A stretch of 64,000 nucleotides of DNA from Desulfobacterales bacterium (GCA_035467535.1 DATITS010000059.1:514-64513), one strand, 5' to 3'. Positions 33,157 through 43,495 are shown, numbered from the stretch's first letter. Program-made: numbers and translations. Notes: a model not told the origin generated them from the letters alone.

Positions 33157-34341
33157 ATGTCGGTCGAATCCACATTTGACACCATTATCATCGGCGCCGG
33201 TGCCGCGGGCATGATGTGCGGGGCCACGGCCGGGCAGCGCGGCCGGAAGGTGCTGCTGCTTGAACGCTCGCCAAATATCGGCCAAAAGATTTCGATATCC
33301 GGCGGCGGCCGCTGCAACTTCACCAACCTCAGGGTGGATCCAAAAAATTATTTTTCCGACAACCCGCACTTCTGCAAATCCGCGCTCAGCCGGTTCACCC
33401 CGCTCGACTTCATCAAACTGATCGAGAAGCACGGCATCGCCTACCACGAAAAGACAGCCGGCCAGCTTTTTTGCAACGATCGGGCGCAGCGGATCGTCGA
33501 CCTGCTGGTATCCGAGTGCAAGGCCGGCGGCGTCATCATCAAAACCGGTTGTGCCGTCAAGCGAATCGAGAAGAAAGACCTCTTCAGCGTGCAAACCGAT
33601 ACGGCCACGTACACCGCCCCGGCGCTGGTCGTGGCGACCGGCGGCCTGTCTTACCCGCAAACAGGCGCCACGGGTTTCGGCTATGAAATTGCCGCGCAGT
33701 TCGGCCTGGGGATCATTGCCTGCGCGCCCGCGCTGGTGCCGCTGTCCTACCAACCCGCGGACGTCAAGCGCTACGGGAGCCTATCCGGCATTTCCATCTT
33801 TGCTGCGGCCGCAACCGGCAGCACCACGTTTACAGATGCGATTCTGTTTACGCACAAGGGGCTGAGCGGCCCCGCCATCCTGCAGCTTTCGAGCTACTGG
33901 AGCCCGGGGGAGCCGATCACCCTCGACCTGCTGCCGCACCTGCGCCTGAACGAGGCGATCCCAAAGTGGAAGTCCGAACGGCCGACCGCCGAACTCAAAA
34001 CCCTGCTGAGAGAGCACCTGCCCGAGCGCCTGGCTCAGCGCTTTCTGGATCTGCATGGGCGAAACCGCCCTGTCCGGCAGCTCACCGAGCGGGACGAGGC
34101 GGCGCTCGCCCGCATCTTTCATCACTGGCAAATCCAGCCCCGCGGAACCGAGGGCTACGGCAAGGCCGAAGTCACGCGGGGCGGGGTCGACACCCGTGAA
34201 CTATCCTCCAAGACCTTCGAGTCCCGCAACGTCCCCGGGCTTTATTTCATCGGAGAAGTCCTCGACGTCACCGGCTGGCTGGGGGGCTTTAATTTCCAGT
34301 GGGCCTGGGCATCCGGCCACTGCGCGGGGTTGGTTGTGTAG
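33157..34341 (+). CDS. HI0933/YhiN (BaiN-like) family NAD(P)/FAD-dependent oxidoreductase
   Basis: FDTIIIGAGAAGMMCG...ISGGGRCNFTN...GEVLDVTGWLGGFNFQWAWASG. Confidence 0.85.
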   Translation: MSVESTFDTIIIGAGAAGMMCGATAGQRGRKVLLLERSPNIGQKISISGGGRCNFTNLRVDPKNYFSDNPHFCKSALSRFTPLDFIKLIEKHGIAYHEKTAGQLFCNDRAQRIVDLLVSECKAGGVIIKTGCAVKRIEKKDLFSVQTDTATYTAPALVVATGGLSYPQTGATGFGYEIAAQFGLGIIACAPALVPLSYQPADVKRYGSLSGISIFAAAATGSTTFTDAILFTHKGLSGPAILQLSSYWSPGEPITLDLLPHLRLNEAIPKWKSERPTAELKTLLREHLPERLAQRFLDLHGRNRPVRQLTERDEAALARIFHHWQIQPRGTEGYGKAEVTRGGVDTRELSSKTFESRNVPGLYFIGEVLDVTGWLGGFNFQWAWASGHCAGLVV

Positions 34342-34462
34342 GCGGTTGAACGGCGGCAACTCAGGCCATGACCCGACGTTGCGCGGGGTTTTGGAAATGC
34401 TCACATGACGGCAGCAGAAAGCTTGAGGGAACTCAACGCCTCCACTGGATTGTGATGCCGGC
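34341..34462. repeat. Degenerate copy of the repeat family
   Basis: GGCGGTTGAAC..GACGTTGCGCGGGGTTTTGGAAATGCTCACATGA..CAACGCC..CTGGATTGTGATGCCGGC is alignable by eye to the 143-bp consensus. Confidence 0.4.
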
Positions 34463-34501
34463 TGAACTGAACTCTAGTTTGCCGGCCATACGGTATTGCA
34501 C

Positions 34502-35230
34502 TTAGCCTTGCTTGCGCGAAATCCGCTGACGCAGCCGCGCAACCTGATTTTGCGATTCAGTGCGGGCCGAGCGCAGCAGCGCAATGGAAGGCTGTGGCTG
34601 CCGCATAGCATCGAGGACCACATTTTCAGCGGCGATGAATTCATCGCCCACGTCCGCGACCTCAGAGGCAATCTCGCGCGGAATGGTCGTGACGCCGTTG
34701 CGATCGGCGTGGAGCAAATCATTGGGATAGACAGCCAATCCACCCACATGGACTGGCACGTGAACCTGTGGGATGTGGACATAGCCGTGCGAACAGTTGG
34801 TGCCGCTGGTGAATACGGAAAAGCCGATTTTGCAAACTTGGTCCAAGTCACGGCCGGTGCCACTGGTAATGAGACCCTGCGCGCCGAATACCTGGTACAC
34901 AGTGCACATGATTTCGCCGAACGTCGCGGCGACCGAGGGGCTGTCGAGATCCTGAAAGACAATGATCGCCGGGCCATCGAGTTCTTGAAAGCGCGAAACC
35001 TGTCCATCCAGGCCGGCATAGGCATCGCCCTGCCGTGGCGGAGCTGAAGCGCGGAACGTGGCTGTCGCCGCAAAACCCACAACCGGCGGCATCTCGGGAA
35101 AGCACGCTTTGATCCGCTCGTCCATGTAACCGGCGTTGCGTGGACGCACGTCAAACAACTCGATCACGTTACAGATCGTCGGCGTATCAAACTGGCGCAG
35201 CTTTTCCAACATCGCTGATTGAATCTTCAC
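34502..35230 (-). CDS. RraA family protein (HMG/CHA-aldolase or oxaloacetate-decarboxylase-like)
   Basis: TPTICNVIE...GEIMCTVYQVFGAQGLITSGTGRDLD...VYPNDLLHADRNGV. The GTG start at 35230 follows AGGAGG. Confidence 0.75.
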   Translation of the reverse strand: MKIQSAMLEKLRQFDTPTICNVIELFDVRPRNAGYMDERIKACFPEMPPVVGFAATATFRASAPPRQGDAYAGLDGQVSRFQELDGPAIIVFQDLDSPSVAATFGEIMCTVYQVFGAQGLITSGTGRDLDQVCKIGFSVFTSGTNCSHGYVHIPQVHVPVHVGGLAVYPNDLLHADRNGVTTIPREIASEVADVGDEFIAAENVVLDAMRQPQPSIALLRSARTESQNQVARLRQRISRKQG

Positions 35231-35297
35231 TCAAGCCTCCTGTCTCTGGCGCATGTTACCGTCTTTGGGCAACTCACTTGCGCACCGAATTATCTTA

Positions 35298-35431
35298 TGA
35301 GTGGAAAACCCCGCCTGACCCCCGATAGCGGCGTTGCAGGCTTCTCGAAATGCTCACATACTGCCGTGTATGCTGAGTTTTCGAACCGGCCCGCACCTTG
35401 CCCTCAGGTGTGATCCGAGGGTGTGAAACCA
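35298..35431. repeat. Degenerate copy of the repeat family
   Basis: GAGTGGAAAACCCC..GGCGTTGCAGGC..GAAATGCTCACATA..GGTGTGATCCGAGGGTGTGAAACCAC. Together with the copy at 34341-34462, it flanks the RraA-family gene. Confidence 0.4.
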
Positions 35432-35445
35432 CTTCTATAGCGTTT

Positions 35446-37131
35446 TTACTCCTCGTCTTCATAACTGGGGGCTATTAACACGGCTCCTTTGTCAGCGGAG
35501 GTGACAAGTTCTGCATAGCGCGCCAACGCACCGCCTTTGACCTTTTTGGGGTGAACTACGGTCTTCAGGCGATCCTGGATTTCTTGGTCGCTCAGAGCGA
35601 CCTCCAGCTTACGGGCCGGGATGTCAATGGTGATGATATCCCCATCGCGGAGAGCCGCGATGGGGCCGTTCATTGCGGCTTCGGGCGAGATATGCCCGAT
35701 GCACGGCCCTCGGGTGGAACCGGAAAACCGACCGTCGGTGATCAAGGCCACGCTTTCGTCCATCCCTCTGCCGACCAGCAGGGATGTGGTCATGTGCATC
35801 TCCCGCATGCCGGGGCCGCCCCTTGGCCCCTCGTAGCGTATCACCATCACGTCGCCCGGTTTTATCCTGTCGCTGACCACTGCTTCCGTAGCGTCTTCCA
35901 TCGAATGGAACACTACCGCCTTGCCCTTAAACTGAAACATGGATGGCTTCACGGCGGACTGTTTGACCACCGCGCCATCGGGCGCGAGGTTACCTCTTAG
36001 AACCGCAAGCCCGCCTTCCTTCTTGAGCGGGTGATCGACACTGTGAATGACGTCTCCGGGAACCATGGTTACGCCCGAAAGATTTTCCTTCACCGTTGTC
36101 CCGGTCACCGTCAACTGCTCAGGCTTGATAAACCGTTCCACGGCCTTCAGCACTGCCGGAATGCCCCCGTGTTCGCCAAGTGCGCGCACCGCGTACTTGC
36201 CGGAAGGTTTGATGCTGCATATGTGCGGCACGATTTTGCCGATCCGGTCAAAGGAGTCCAGATCCAACCGGATGTGAGCCTCCTTGGCGATGGCTATCAA
36301 ATGCAGGATGCTGTTGGTTGAACCGCCAAGCGCCATGTCGGCGACGATGGCGTTGTGCAGGGCGGCTTCGGAAACAATCTTCCGGGGGGTGATGTCCCGC
36401 CGAAGCAGTTCGAGCACCTGCCGGCCGGACTTGCGCGAGAATTCCTCTTTCTCGGCCTGCAGCGCCATTGCCGTCGAACACCCGGGCAGCGAAAGCCCCA
36501 AGACTTCGGTCAGACACCCCATGGTGTTGGCCGTACCGAACATCGCGCACGTGCCGGGACCGGGGCAAGCGACCTTTTCAATTTCCGATAGTTCATCCAT
36601 GGAAATTTTTCCGGTCTGTGCCTGGCCGACAAACTCTCGCATGTCGGTCAGGGTGATATTTGAACGTTCTTTGTAGCGACCGGCTTCCATGGGGCCGGCG
36701 GTAACAATGATGGTCGGGATATCGACCCTCAATGCCGCCATGATGTGGGCAGGCACGGTCTTGTCGCATCCCGGCAGCATGACCATGGCATCAAATTGAT
36801 GGGCCTGGACCATCATCTCGATGGAGTCCGCAATGATTTCCCTGCTGGGCAGGGGGTAACTCATCCCCTTGTGGCCCTGGCACATGCCGTCACACAGGGC
36901 AATGGTGTCGAACTCCTTTGCGATACCGCCACCTTCAACAATACCGTGTTTGGCACATTCCCCCAATTTGCGCAGATGAATATGCCCGGGTACGATTTCG
37001 TTCCAGGAGTTCACAACGGCAACCAAGGGTTTTTCGAAATCTTCCTTTTTCATTCCCGTGGCATATAGCAGCGCTCGGTGACCGGCACGCTCGATGCCGT
37101 GAGTGATCTGCCGGCTGCGGTATTTTTTCAC
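35446..37131 (-). CDS. ilvD: IlvD/Edd family dehydratase (dihydroxy-acid dehydratase type)
   Basis: The 561-aa protein contains PGHIHL, LPGCDKTVP, GPGTCAMFGTANTM and ALITDGRFSGSTRGPCIGHISPEAA. Its operon context suggests it may act on a sugar or hydroxy acid rather than in branched-chain amino acid synthesis. Confidence 0.85.
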   Translation of the reverse strand: MKKYRSRQITHGIERAGHRALLYATGMKKEDFEKPLVAVVNSWNEIVPGHIHLRKLGECAKHGIVEGGGIAKEFDTIALCDGMCQGHKGMSYPLPSREIIADSIEMMVQAHQFDAMVMLPGCDKTVPAHIMAALRVDIPTIIVTAGPMEAGRYKERSNITLTDMREFVGQAQTGKISMDELSEIEKVACPGPGTCAMFGTANTMGCLTEVLGLSLPGCSTAMALQAEKEEFSRKSGRQVLELLRRDITPRKIVSEAALHNAIVADMALGGSTNSILHLIAIAKEAHIRLDLDSFDRIGKIVPHICSIKPSGKYAVRALGEHGGIPAVLKAVERFIKPEQLTVTGTTVKENLSGVTMVPGDVIHSVDHPLKKEGGLAVLRGNLAPDGAVVKQSAVKPSMFQFKGKAVVFHSMEDATEAVVSDRIKPGDVMVIRYEGPRGGPGMREMHMTTSLLVGRGMDESVALITDGRFSGSTRGPCIGHISPEAAMNGPIAALRDGDIITIDIPARKLEVALSDQEIQDRLKTVVHPKKVKGGALARYAELVTSADKGAVLIAPSYEDEE

Positions 37132-37153
37132 AAGCTGTCCCCTTCCCTGTCTG

Positions 37154-38686
37154 TTAGTTTTTTCTTTCTGCGCCAGCGGTTCGGCACAGGTTTCCGGTCC
37201 GGATGATGCGCGGTTTGATCCAGGCGATCAGGATGGGACCCAGCAGCACCAGGACCCCGACAAGCAGGATCGTGCCCGCAATGGGCCGATTCAGAAAGAC
37301 CGTCAGGTCACCCCGGCTGATCATCATCGCCTCCCGGAAGCTTCGCTCCATCATGGGGCCGAGGACCAGGGCCAACACCAGAGGCGCCAGGTCGTACTTG
37401 AGGCGCCGCAGGAGATAGCCCAAAAGACCGAAGCCGGTCATGAGCCAAATGTCGAGGATCGAGTTGTTGACGGAGTAAACGCCCACCAGGCACAGCAGCA
37501 TGACAATCGGCATGAGAATGTAGAGAGGGGTCCGGATGATGCTCGCAAAAACACCCACCAGGGGGAGATTGAAGACGAGAAGCATGAAGTTGCCGATATA
37601 CATGCTGGCAATGACGCCCCAGAAGAGATCGGGTTTTTCGCTCATCAGCAAGGGGCCGGGGTTGATCCCGTGGATCAAAAGGACCGCCATCACCACCGCC
37701 ATGGCGGGAGTGAAGGGAATCCCCAGCGCCATCAGCGGGATATAAGCGGCTCCGACCGAAGCATTGTTGGCCGCCTCGGGCCCTGCAACTCCTTCGATGG
37801 CGCCCTTGCCGAACTCTCCGTGCTTGTCGAGCTTTTTCTCTACGGAATAGGCAACCATGGTTGAGATGACCGGGGAGGGACCGGGGACAAGACCGACGAA
37901 AAAGCCGATAAAAGAACCCCGGATCATGGGCCAAAACGACCGCTTCCACTCCACGAGCGTCGGCCACAGCTCCCGGAAGCCAACCCGCCGCAGTTGCATG
38001 TTCCCGGTCTGTTCTTCTGCCGTGACAAGCACTTCGGAAATACCGAAAAGCCCCATGGCGACCGGGAGAAAATCGATGCCCTGCGCCAGAAGCTGCTGCT
38101 TGAAGGTGTAGCGCATGTACCCGGCCACGGTCTCCATGCCGACCGTTCCGAGAGCCAGCCCGAGGGCGATCATCATCAGCGATCTGACAAGATTACCCCC
38201 CGTCAAGCGCGACATGATCACAAGCCCGACAAGGGCGACGGCAAAATACTCTGACGGCCCGAACTTGAGGGCTGCCGTTGCCAGTGTGGGAGCCAGAAAG
38301 CTCAGACCGATCAGGCTGATCGTTCCGGCGATGAACGATCCGATGGCGGCGACGGCAAGGGCGGCTCCGGCGCGGCCCCGGCGAGCCATCTGGTAGCCTT
38401 CGATCACCGTGATGACGGAGGCGGCCTCCCCGGGGATGTTGAGCAGGATGGAGGTGGTCGAGCCCCCGTACATTGCGCCGAAGTAGATGCCGGCAAAAAG
38501 GATCATGCCCGCCGTTGGGTCGAAACCGTAGGTCAGAGACAGGAGCAGCGCCATCGTCCCCAGGGGGCCCAGACCCGGCAGGATGCCGATGATCGTTCCA
38601 ATCACCGCCCCCAGGAATCCGAATAAAAGATTGGTGGGGGTCAATGCGACCGAAAAACCGTTTAGAAGTCCTCCAAAGACATCCAT
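37154..38686 (-). CDS. tctA: TTT large permease TctA, copy 2
   Basis: The 510-aa protein shares the conserved blocks of 8207..9724 (GILPGLGPLGTMALLL, YGGSTTSILLNIPGE, GVAGPEAANNA). Confidence 0.9.
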   Translation of the reverse strand: MDVFGGLLNGFSVALTPTNLLFGFLGAVIGTIIGILPGLGPLGTMALLLSLTYGFDPTAGMILFAGIYFGAMYGGSTTSILLNIPGEAASVITVIEGYQMARRGRAGAALAVAAIGSFIAGTISLIGLSFLAPTLATAALKFGPSEYFAVALVGLVIMSRLTGGNLVRSLMMIALGLALGTVGMETVAGYMRYTFKQQLLAQGIDFLPVAMGLFGISEVLVTAEEQTGNMQLRRVGFRELWPTLVEWKRSFWPMIRGSFIGFFVGLVPGPSPVISTMVAYSVEKKLDKHGEFGKGAIEGVAGPEAANNASVGAAYIPLMALGIPFTPAMAVVMAVLLIHGINPGPLLMSEKPDLFWGVIASMYIGNFMLLVFNLPLVGVFASIIRTPLYILMPIVMLLCLVGVYSVNNSILDIWLMTGFGLLGYLLRRLKYDLAPLVLALVLGPMMERSFREAMMISRGDLTVFLNRPIAGTILLVGVLVLLGPILIAWIKPRIIRTGNLCRTAGAERKN

Positions 38687-38698
38687 GACGCTTTGCTC

Positions 38699-39187
38699 CT
38701 ATCCCAGAACCTCTTCCAGAATCCCGAGAGGCAGGGGGACTTTCAACCAGATGACGAAGGCGACATAGGAAATAGCGGTAATAATCGTTGCGGTGACCAG
38801 GGTGATAACCCAATGGCGCGAGCCGAAGATGCGGGTCGAAATCAGCAGGAAGATACAGATGGTGACGGGAAAACCGAGCGGGGTCAGCGCGAGGATGTAA
38901 CCGATCATGAGCGCCATCAGCTGAACGGTTTTGCCGAAATTGCCTTCAGCGGATGCAGCCTCACCCGAGGAGGGGGCACCCGGTTGACGGTCAACGGCTT
39001 TACACTTCAGGATTTCCTGAACAAGGCATCCCAGCGCCGTGGCGATCAGAAAAACGCCCACCACCAAGGGAAAGAAGCCGGGGCCGGGGTAGGCCATAGT
39101 GCCCCGGGGCATATACAAGGCCATGATCTCATAGACCACCCCGACCGCGAGCATCACACCCGGAAATATGGCTGAGGTCAGCTTCAT
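38699..39187 (-). CDS. tctB: TTT small subunit TctB, copy 2
   Basis: This is a 162-aa, 4-TM protein placed between tctC and tctA. Confidence 0.75.
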   Translation of the reverse strand: MKLTSAIFPGVMLAVGVVYEIMALYMPRGTMAYPGPGFFPLVVGVFLIATALGCLVQEILKCKAVDRQPGAPSSGEAASAEGNFGKTVQLMALMIGYILALTPLGFPVTICIFLLISTRIFGSRHWVITLVTATIITAISYVAFVIWLKVPLPLGILEEVLG

Positions 39188-39247
39188 TCGAACACCTCAG
39201 GCGGGAGAGACCCACGGCCTCTCCCGCCCCCCGCATTCAGAGGAAGA

Positions 39248-40243
39248 TCATTTCGCAGCGCCCGCTGCTTTACCGTACTTATTCCAAAGGGGTTGGTAGA
39301 TCGAATCCAGTTTCTTGATAAAAGCGGCGTATTCTTCCGGCCCTTTGTAATCAGCCGGAAAGGCCGTCTTTTGCACATTCGCTTTAAATTCCTCCGAATC
39401 CATTACCTGTTTTACTGCGGCGGCGAAAAGGTCGATGATGGGCTTGGGGGTGTTCTTGGGCATGGCAAACCCCCTCGCCGAGCCGCTGGTAACGTCGTAC
39501 CCCAGTTCTTTAAAGGTGGGAACGTCGGGGAGGAACGGACTACGCTTATCCGTCATGATCGCCAGCGCCCGGAGTGAGCCCGCTTTGACTTGAGGGTAAA
39601 CAATTCCCAGGTTGTTGGCGGAGGCGTCGACGTGGCCGGCCAGCGCGGCCTGCCAGGAAGGACCGTCTCCACTGAATGGGACGATGTTGAATTTGGCTTG
39701 CGATGCCGCTTCGAACATGTAGGTGGCAAACCAGTCATCCCCGGGTGCTGAGGCGACGCCTACGCCGACCGTTCCAGGCTTATCCGTGGCCGCCTTGAGG
39801 ATATCCGCCAACGTCATATAGGGGCTTTCCGCCCGGACCACTAGAATGCCAGGATCTGTAACGACATTGGCGACGAAGGCAAGATCTGACGTCTTGTAGC
39901 TGGTTTCCCGAACATACGTGTTGATGGGAATCATGGGGGTGCAGGAGATGAAGACCGTGTAGCCGTCGGGCTTGGACATGGCCAACTCGGTCGCGGCGAT
40001 GTCGCTGCCGGCGCCCGGCTTGTAGACCGGTACCAAGGTGGCATTGAGCGCCTTTTCAAGTTGTGGCCTTATCATGGAAAACATGACGTCACTGCCTCCT
40101 CCGGGAGAAAAGCCGATCAAGACATTGATCGGCTTCCTGGGATAGTTGGCATCGGCCGATTTCCCTTGAGCAAAAACGTTCGTCGCAAGAACCATAATTA
40201 AAAATGCGATAACGCTGAATCCGGATTTCGTGCACATGTTCAT
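39248..40243 (-). CDS. tctC: TTT substrate-binding protein TctC, copy 2
   Basis: A signal peptide is followed by YPRKPINVLIGFSPGGGSDV and VPFSGDGPSWQA. The start MNMCTKS (40243) follows AGGAGGAGAG. Confidence 0.85.
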   Translation of the reverse strand: MNMCTKSGFSVIAFLIMVLATNVFAQGKSADANYPRKPINVLIGFSPGGGSDVMFSMIRPQLEKALNATLVPVYKPGAGSDIAATELAMSKPDGYTVFISCTPMIPINTYVRETSYKTSDLAFVANVVTDPGILVVRAESPYMTLADILKAATDKPGTVGVGVASAPGDDWFATYMFEAASQAKFNIVPFSGDGPSWQAALAGHVDASANNLGIVYPQVKAGSLRALAIMTDKRSPFLPDVPTFKELGYDVTSGSARGFAMPKNTPKPIIDLFAAAVKQVMDSEEFKANVQKTAFPADYKGPEEYAAFIKKLDSIYQPLWNKYGKAAGAAK

Positions 40244-40302
40244 CTCTCCTCCTGTTGTCACGTTATCATTGTTCAGGGCCTAACGCCCGTTGGCCGCGCA
40301 GA

Positions 40303-41571
40303 TTAGAAAAGATTACCCTGGTCATTGAAAGCCAAGACGTGCGGCTCGCCCGGCGTTTCAAGGTGCCTGCTCGCCCTCACCTCCGGCAGCAGGTTCTCCG
40401 ACACGGCGATTTCATCCAGGGCAACGGTGTTCTTGATCCGCGCCAGCCGGACTTTTGATTTGTCCAGTATGTTGCAGGTCTTGATCGCCGCCTGGATGGC
40501 GTGGCGATCGTTTTTCAAAACCATCGGGATCTTCACGCTCATCGGAACAGTGGACGTGAGCGAGTTGGGATAGGTGTTCTCGAAGTCGAACTTGCCGAAC
40601 GCCCGCCGCGTGGTGAAATCCAGGATCCCCAGGCCGTTGGCATTGCCGTGCGACCGGTCGGTGATGTCGAGGCCTGCGATCCTGGTGATCGCAGGCCCGC
40701 CGCTGACAAACGGGGTATGGTAACGCCCGACCACGTTGGTATCGAAGCCCGTGCCGCTGATGTCCTTTCCGATCTCGTCTATGATCAGGACATCGAGCTG
40801 CTCGAAGTATAATTTGGGGTACAGGCGCCAGGCCTCTTCCAGCAGCACCGGTTCGCGCACCGGGATCTCCTCCCGGGCAAGCACTTCCAGCTGTGCGGTT
40901 TCGTGGTAAGCGTTTTCGAGAATGCCCACGCCGCAGATGATGTTCGACTTTGCCAGGGTCACTCGACCGATGGACAGGATGTTTTCCGCCATCTTGCCAA
41001 ACCCCAGCTCATGGCAGATATCGGCGCCCTTCTGTTTGCCCATGCCGATGACGATCATCTTCATCAGCCCGCTTTCACATTTTCCGCGAAAGGCCACGTG
41101 GGGCTTGATGCGGTTGACGACCACGATCCCGTCGGCCTCATAGGCGTATTTGTCCAGGTGGGCCGGAAACCCGTTCTCGGAAGTCCCGATCTCCACGGTT
41201 TCCATGGTCGCACGGATGGGGGCTCCGACAACCTCCTCGGTGATGCCCATACCGATGAGCATGTCGCGCTGGCCTTCAGGTGTGGCGCCGCCGTGGCTGC
41301 CCATGGCCGGAAACAAAAAGGGTTCGCCCCCGGCCCGCTTGATCTCTGATACCAGGCTTTTCAGCATCTGCGGCAATGCGGTGATTCCGCGGCTCCCGGC
41401 GGTGATGCCGATCTTGTGACCCGGCTTCACTTTCGCAAGGACGCCGCTGTCTCGAACTTTCCGGATCAGTTCGCTCTCGACATCGAGGACCCGCGGCCGA
41501 TCAAAGGCCTGCAGGACTTTAATCATTCTGGGAATCGGTATGCCATCCAAAAGAGTGTCGATCGTGCTCAT
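40303..41571 (-). CDS. LarA_N/DUF2088 family protein, copy 2
   Basis: The 422-aa protein is colinear with 12819..14138 and shares long identical blocks (FPAMGSHGGAT, VNRIKPHV, ESGLMKMI, ENAYHET, LDVLIIDEIGK, ISGTGFD, NVVGRYH, AIQAAIKTCNI). Confidence 0.65.
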   Translation of the reverse strand: MSTIDTLLDGIPIPRMIKVLQAFDRPRVLDVESELIRKVRDSGVLAKVKPGHKIGITAGSRGITALPQMLKSLVSEIKRAGGEPFLFPAMGSHGGATPEGQRDMLIGMGITEEVVGAPIRATMETVEIGTSENGFPAHLDKYAYEADGIVVVNRIKPHVAFRGKCESGLMKMIVIGMGKQKGADICHELGFGKMAENILSIGRVTLAKSNIICGVGILENAYHETAQLEVLAREEIPVREPVLLEEAWRLYPKLYFEQLDVLIIDEIGKDISGTGFDTNVVGRYHTPFVSGGPAITRIAGLDITDRSHGNANGLGILDFTTRRAFGKFDFENTYPNSLTSTVPMSVKIPMVLKNDRHAIQAAIKTCNILDKSKVRLARIKNTVALDEIAVSENLLPEVRASRHLETPGEPHVLAFNDQGNLF

Positions 41572-41665
41572 TTCTTAAACCTTTAATTAAGTGTTTTTAA
41601 CGTCTGCCTGCAGGAAAGGACCCTCTTACGCGTGATACCTGAAGCGCCCTTTGACTGCAGCGCCG

Positions 41666-42751
41666 TCACGGTTTGATGGCCACCCGCAGCGCCTCCGAAC
41701 GGGTGGCCGCCATTTCGAAGCCGGCATACCACTCTTCGAGCGGATAGACATGGGTCACCAACTCTTCGGTCCGCACTCTGCCGGTAGCTACCAGGTGAAT
41801 GGCGGTCTTCCAGTCGTAGGGGATCTGGGAGATCTCCCCGCGGATGTCGAGTTCCTTTACGATCACCTTGTAGGTGTCCACCGGTGCGACAATTCCGCCC
41901 CGGATACCGCCGCCGGCCCACAACACCCGGCCGCCCTTGCGCACGATGTCGAGGGACTCGTCGATGGGCCCGACCGAACCGGTGTTCTCGAGCACCACGT
42001 CGACACCGATGCCGCGCGTCAACTCGGCCACGCGCTTCCTCAGGTCTTCCTTTTCCACGTTGACGATGTAGTCGGCACCGAGTTCTTTGGCCTTCGCCAG
42101 GCGGAAGGCCGCGTCGCGGTCCATTCCGGAAATGATGATCGGCCCCGCACCGATGGCCTTGCAGACCTGGGCCAGCAGAATGCCGCGAGCCCCGGGGCCG
42201 AGAATGGCCACCGATTCCCCGGCCTTGACCCCCATGCGCGTGACAATGGTGTGCACCGAACCGGCCACCGGTTCCAGCAGCACGGCCGCTTTCGAGCTGA
42301 TCGCATCGGGCAGCACATGCAGCTGCCATTCCGGCCAGACCGTATGCTTGGCGAAGCCGCCGCCGGTCACGAAATGCGCCCGGCCCTCCATCGGAGGCAA
42401 GGTGTTGCAGATGTTGAACCGGCCTTCCAGACAGGCCGGGCAGCGTCCGCAGTACATGGTGACGATCTCGTGCACGACCCGCTCACCGGGCTTGACCGTG
42501 GTCACCTCTTTGCCGACCGCCTTGACCACGCTGACGATTTCATGGCCGGCCACCACCGCGCGCGAAGTGGTTTTTACTCCGGTCTTGTCGGCGCCCCACT
42601 TGTGGATGTCGCTGCCGCAAATGCCGCAGTACTCCACCTCGCACAAAACGTCATGCGGGGCGTATCGGTTGTTGCCGAGTTCGGGAACCGGCACCTCTTC
42701 CAGTTTCAAATCACCGCTGGGATGCGACACCAGCGCTTTCATGTTCGCCAT
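41666..42751 (-). CDS. Zn-dependent medium-chain alcohol/polyol dehydrogenase
   Basis: CGICGSDIH, GHEIV, CGRCPACLEGRFNIC and the GPGARG nucleotide loop are present. The ATG at 42751 follows AGGAGG. Confidence 0.85.
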   Translation of the reverse strand: MANMKALVSHPSGDLKLEEVPVPELGNNRYAPHDVLCEVEYCGICGSDIHKWGADKTGVKTTSRAVVAGHEIVSVVKAVGKEVTTVKPGERVVHEIVTMYCGRCPACLEGRFNICNTLPPMEGRAHFVTGGGFAKHTVWPEWQLHVLPDAISSKAAVLLEPVAGSVHTIVTRMGVKAGESVAILGPGARGILLAQVCKAIGAGPIIISGMDRDAAFRLAKAKELGADYIVNVEKEDLRKRVAELTRGIGVDVVLENTGSVGPIDESLDIVRKGGRVLWAGGGIRGGIVAPVDTYKVIVKELDIRGEISQIPYDWKTAIHLVATGRVRTEELVTHVYPLEEWYAGFEMAATRSEALRVAIKP

Positions 42752-42790
42752 CAATGCCTCCTGATATTAATATAGTGCGGCGTCTTATCT

Positions 42791-43495
42791 TCACCTGGGT
42801 CCGCGTTTGTGCAGGACCAATTCTTCCGTGACCTGAATATGTCGCTGCATCATCGCAACAGCACCTTCGGTATCGCGCTTTTTTAGCCTATCTATTATCG
42901 CTTTGTGTTCTTGCACTGCTTCGGGCATTCTGTGGGTCCTGCCTCTTATGTTTAAACTTGCCAGCTCGATCAATTCGCGGACATTTTCAAACGAAGAGAC
43001 GAGAAAGCTGTTCTCGGTAAGTGCCGCGAGGAATCCATGGAATTCTCGATTGACATTGATAAACCCATGCATGTCTTGTCGAGCGGCAACCCGCTTGTCT
43101 TCTTTGTGCAATGCGTCCAAACGCAGTATCGCCTGCTCGCTTATTCGGGGAGCAGCAATTCGTATAATCCCCGTCTCCAAGACCATCCGAAACGCATACA
43201 GCTCTCGAATGCTTTCTTCTGTTATCTCTTTGATCTGGAAACCGCGCCTGGGAATAAACGTCACGAAACCCCGCGAAGACAGATCAAGCAGGGCCTCGCG
43301 AACCGGGGTGCGTGAAATGCCCAATTGCCTGGCGATTTCCGGCTCGCTGTACAACGCCCCCGGCGTTAAATCGCCCGACAAAATGGCTTCTTTTAAAGAA
43401 TCAAAAGCCAGATCTTTGAGGCAGCTCGGCACTTCGATGCTACGGAGTTTAGGCTTCTGAGTGGCAAGGTTTTTCATAGCGGTTTCAGATTCCAT
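42791..43495 (-). CDS. GntR family regulator (FCD subfamily), copy 2
   Basis: The HTH region SEPEIARQLGISRTPVREALLDLSSRGFV is followed by an FCD domain. The start is 43495 or 43477. Confidence 0.85.
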   Translation of the reverse strand: MESETAMKNLATQKPKLRSIEVPSCLKDLAFDSLKEAILSGDLTPGALYSEPEIARQLGISRTPVREALLDLSSRGFVTFIPRRGFQIKEITEESIRELYAFRMVLETGIIRIAAPRISEQAILRLDALHKEDKRVAARQDMHGFINVNREFHGFLAALTENSFLVSSFENVRELIELASLNIRGRTHRMPEAVQEHKAIIDRLKKRDTEGAVAMMQRHIQVTEELVLHKRGPR

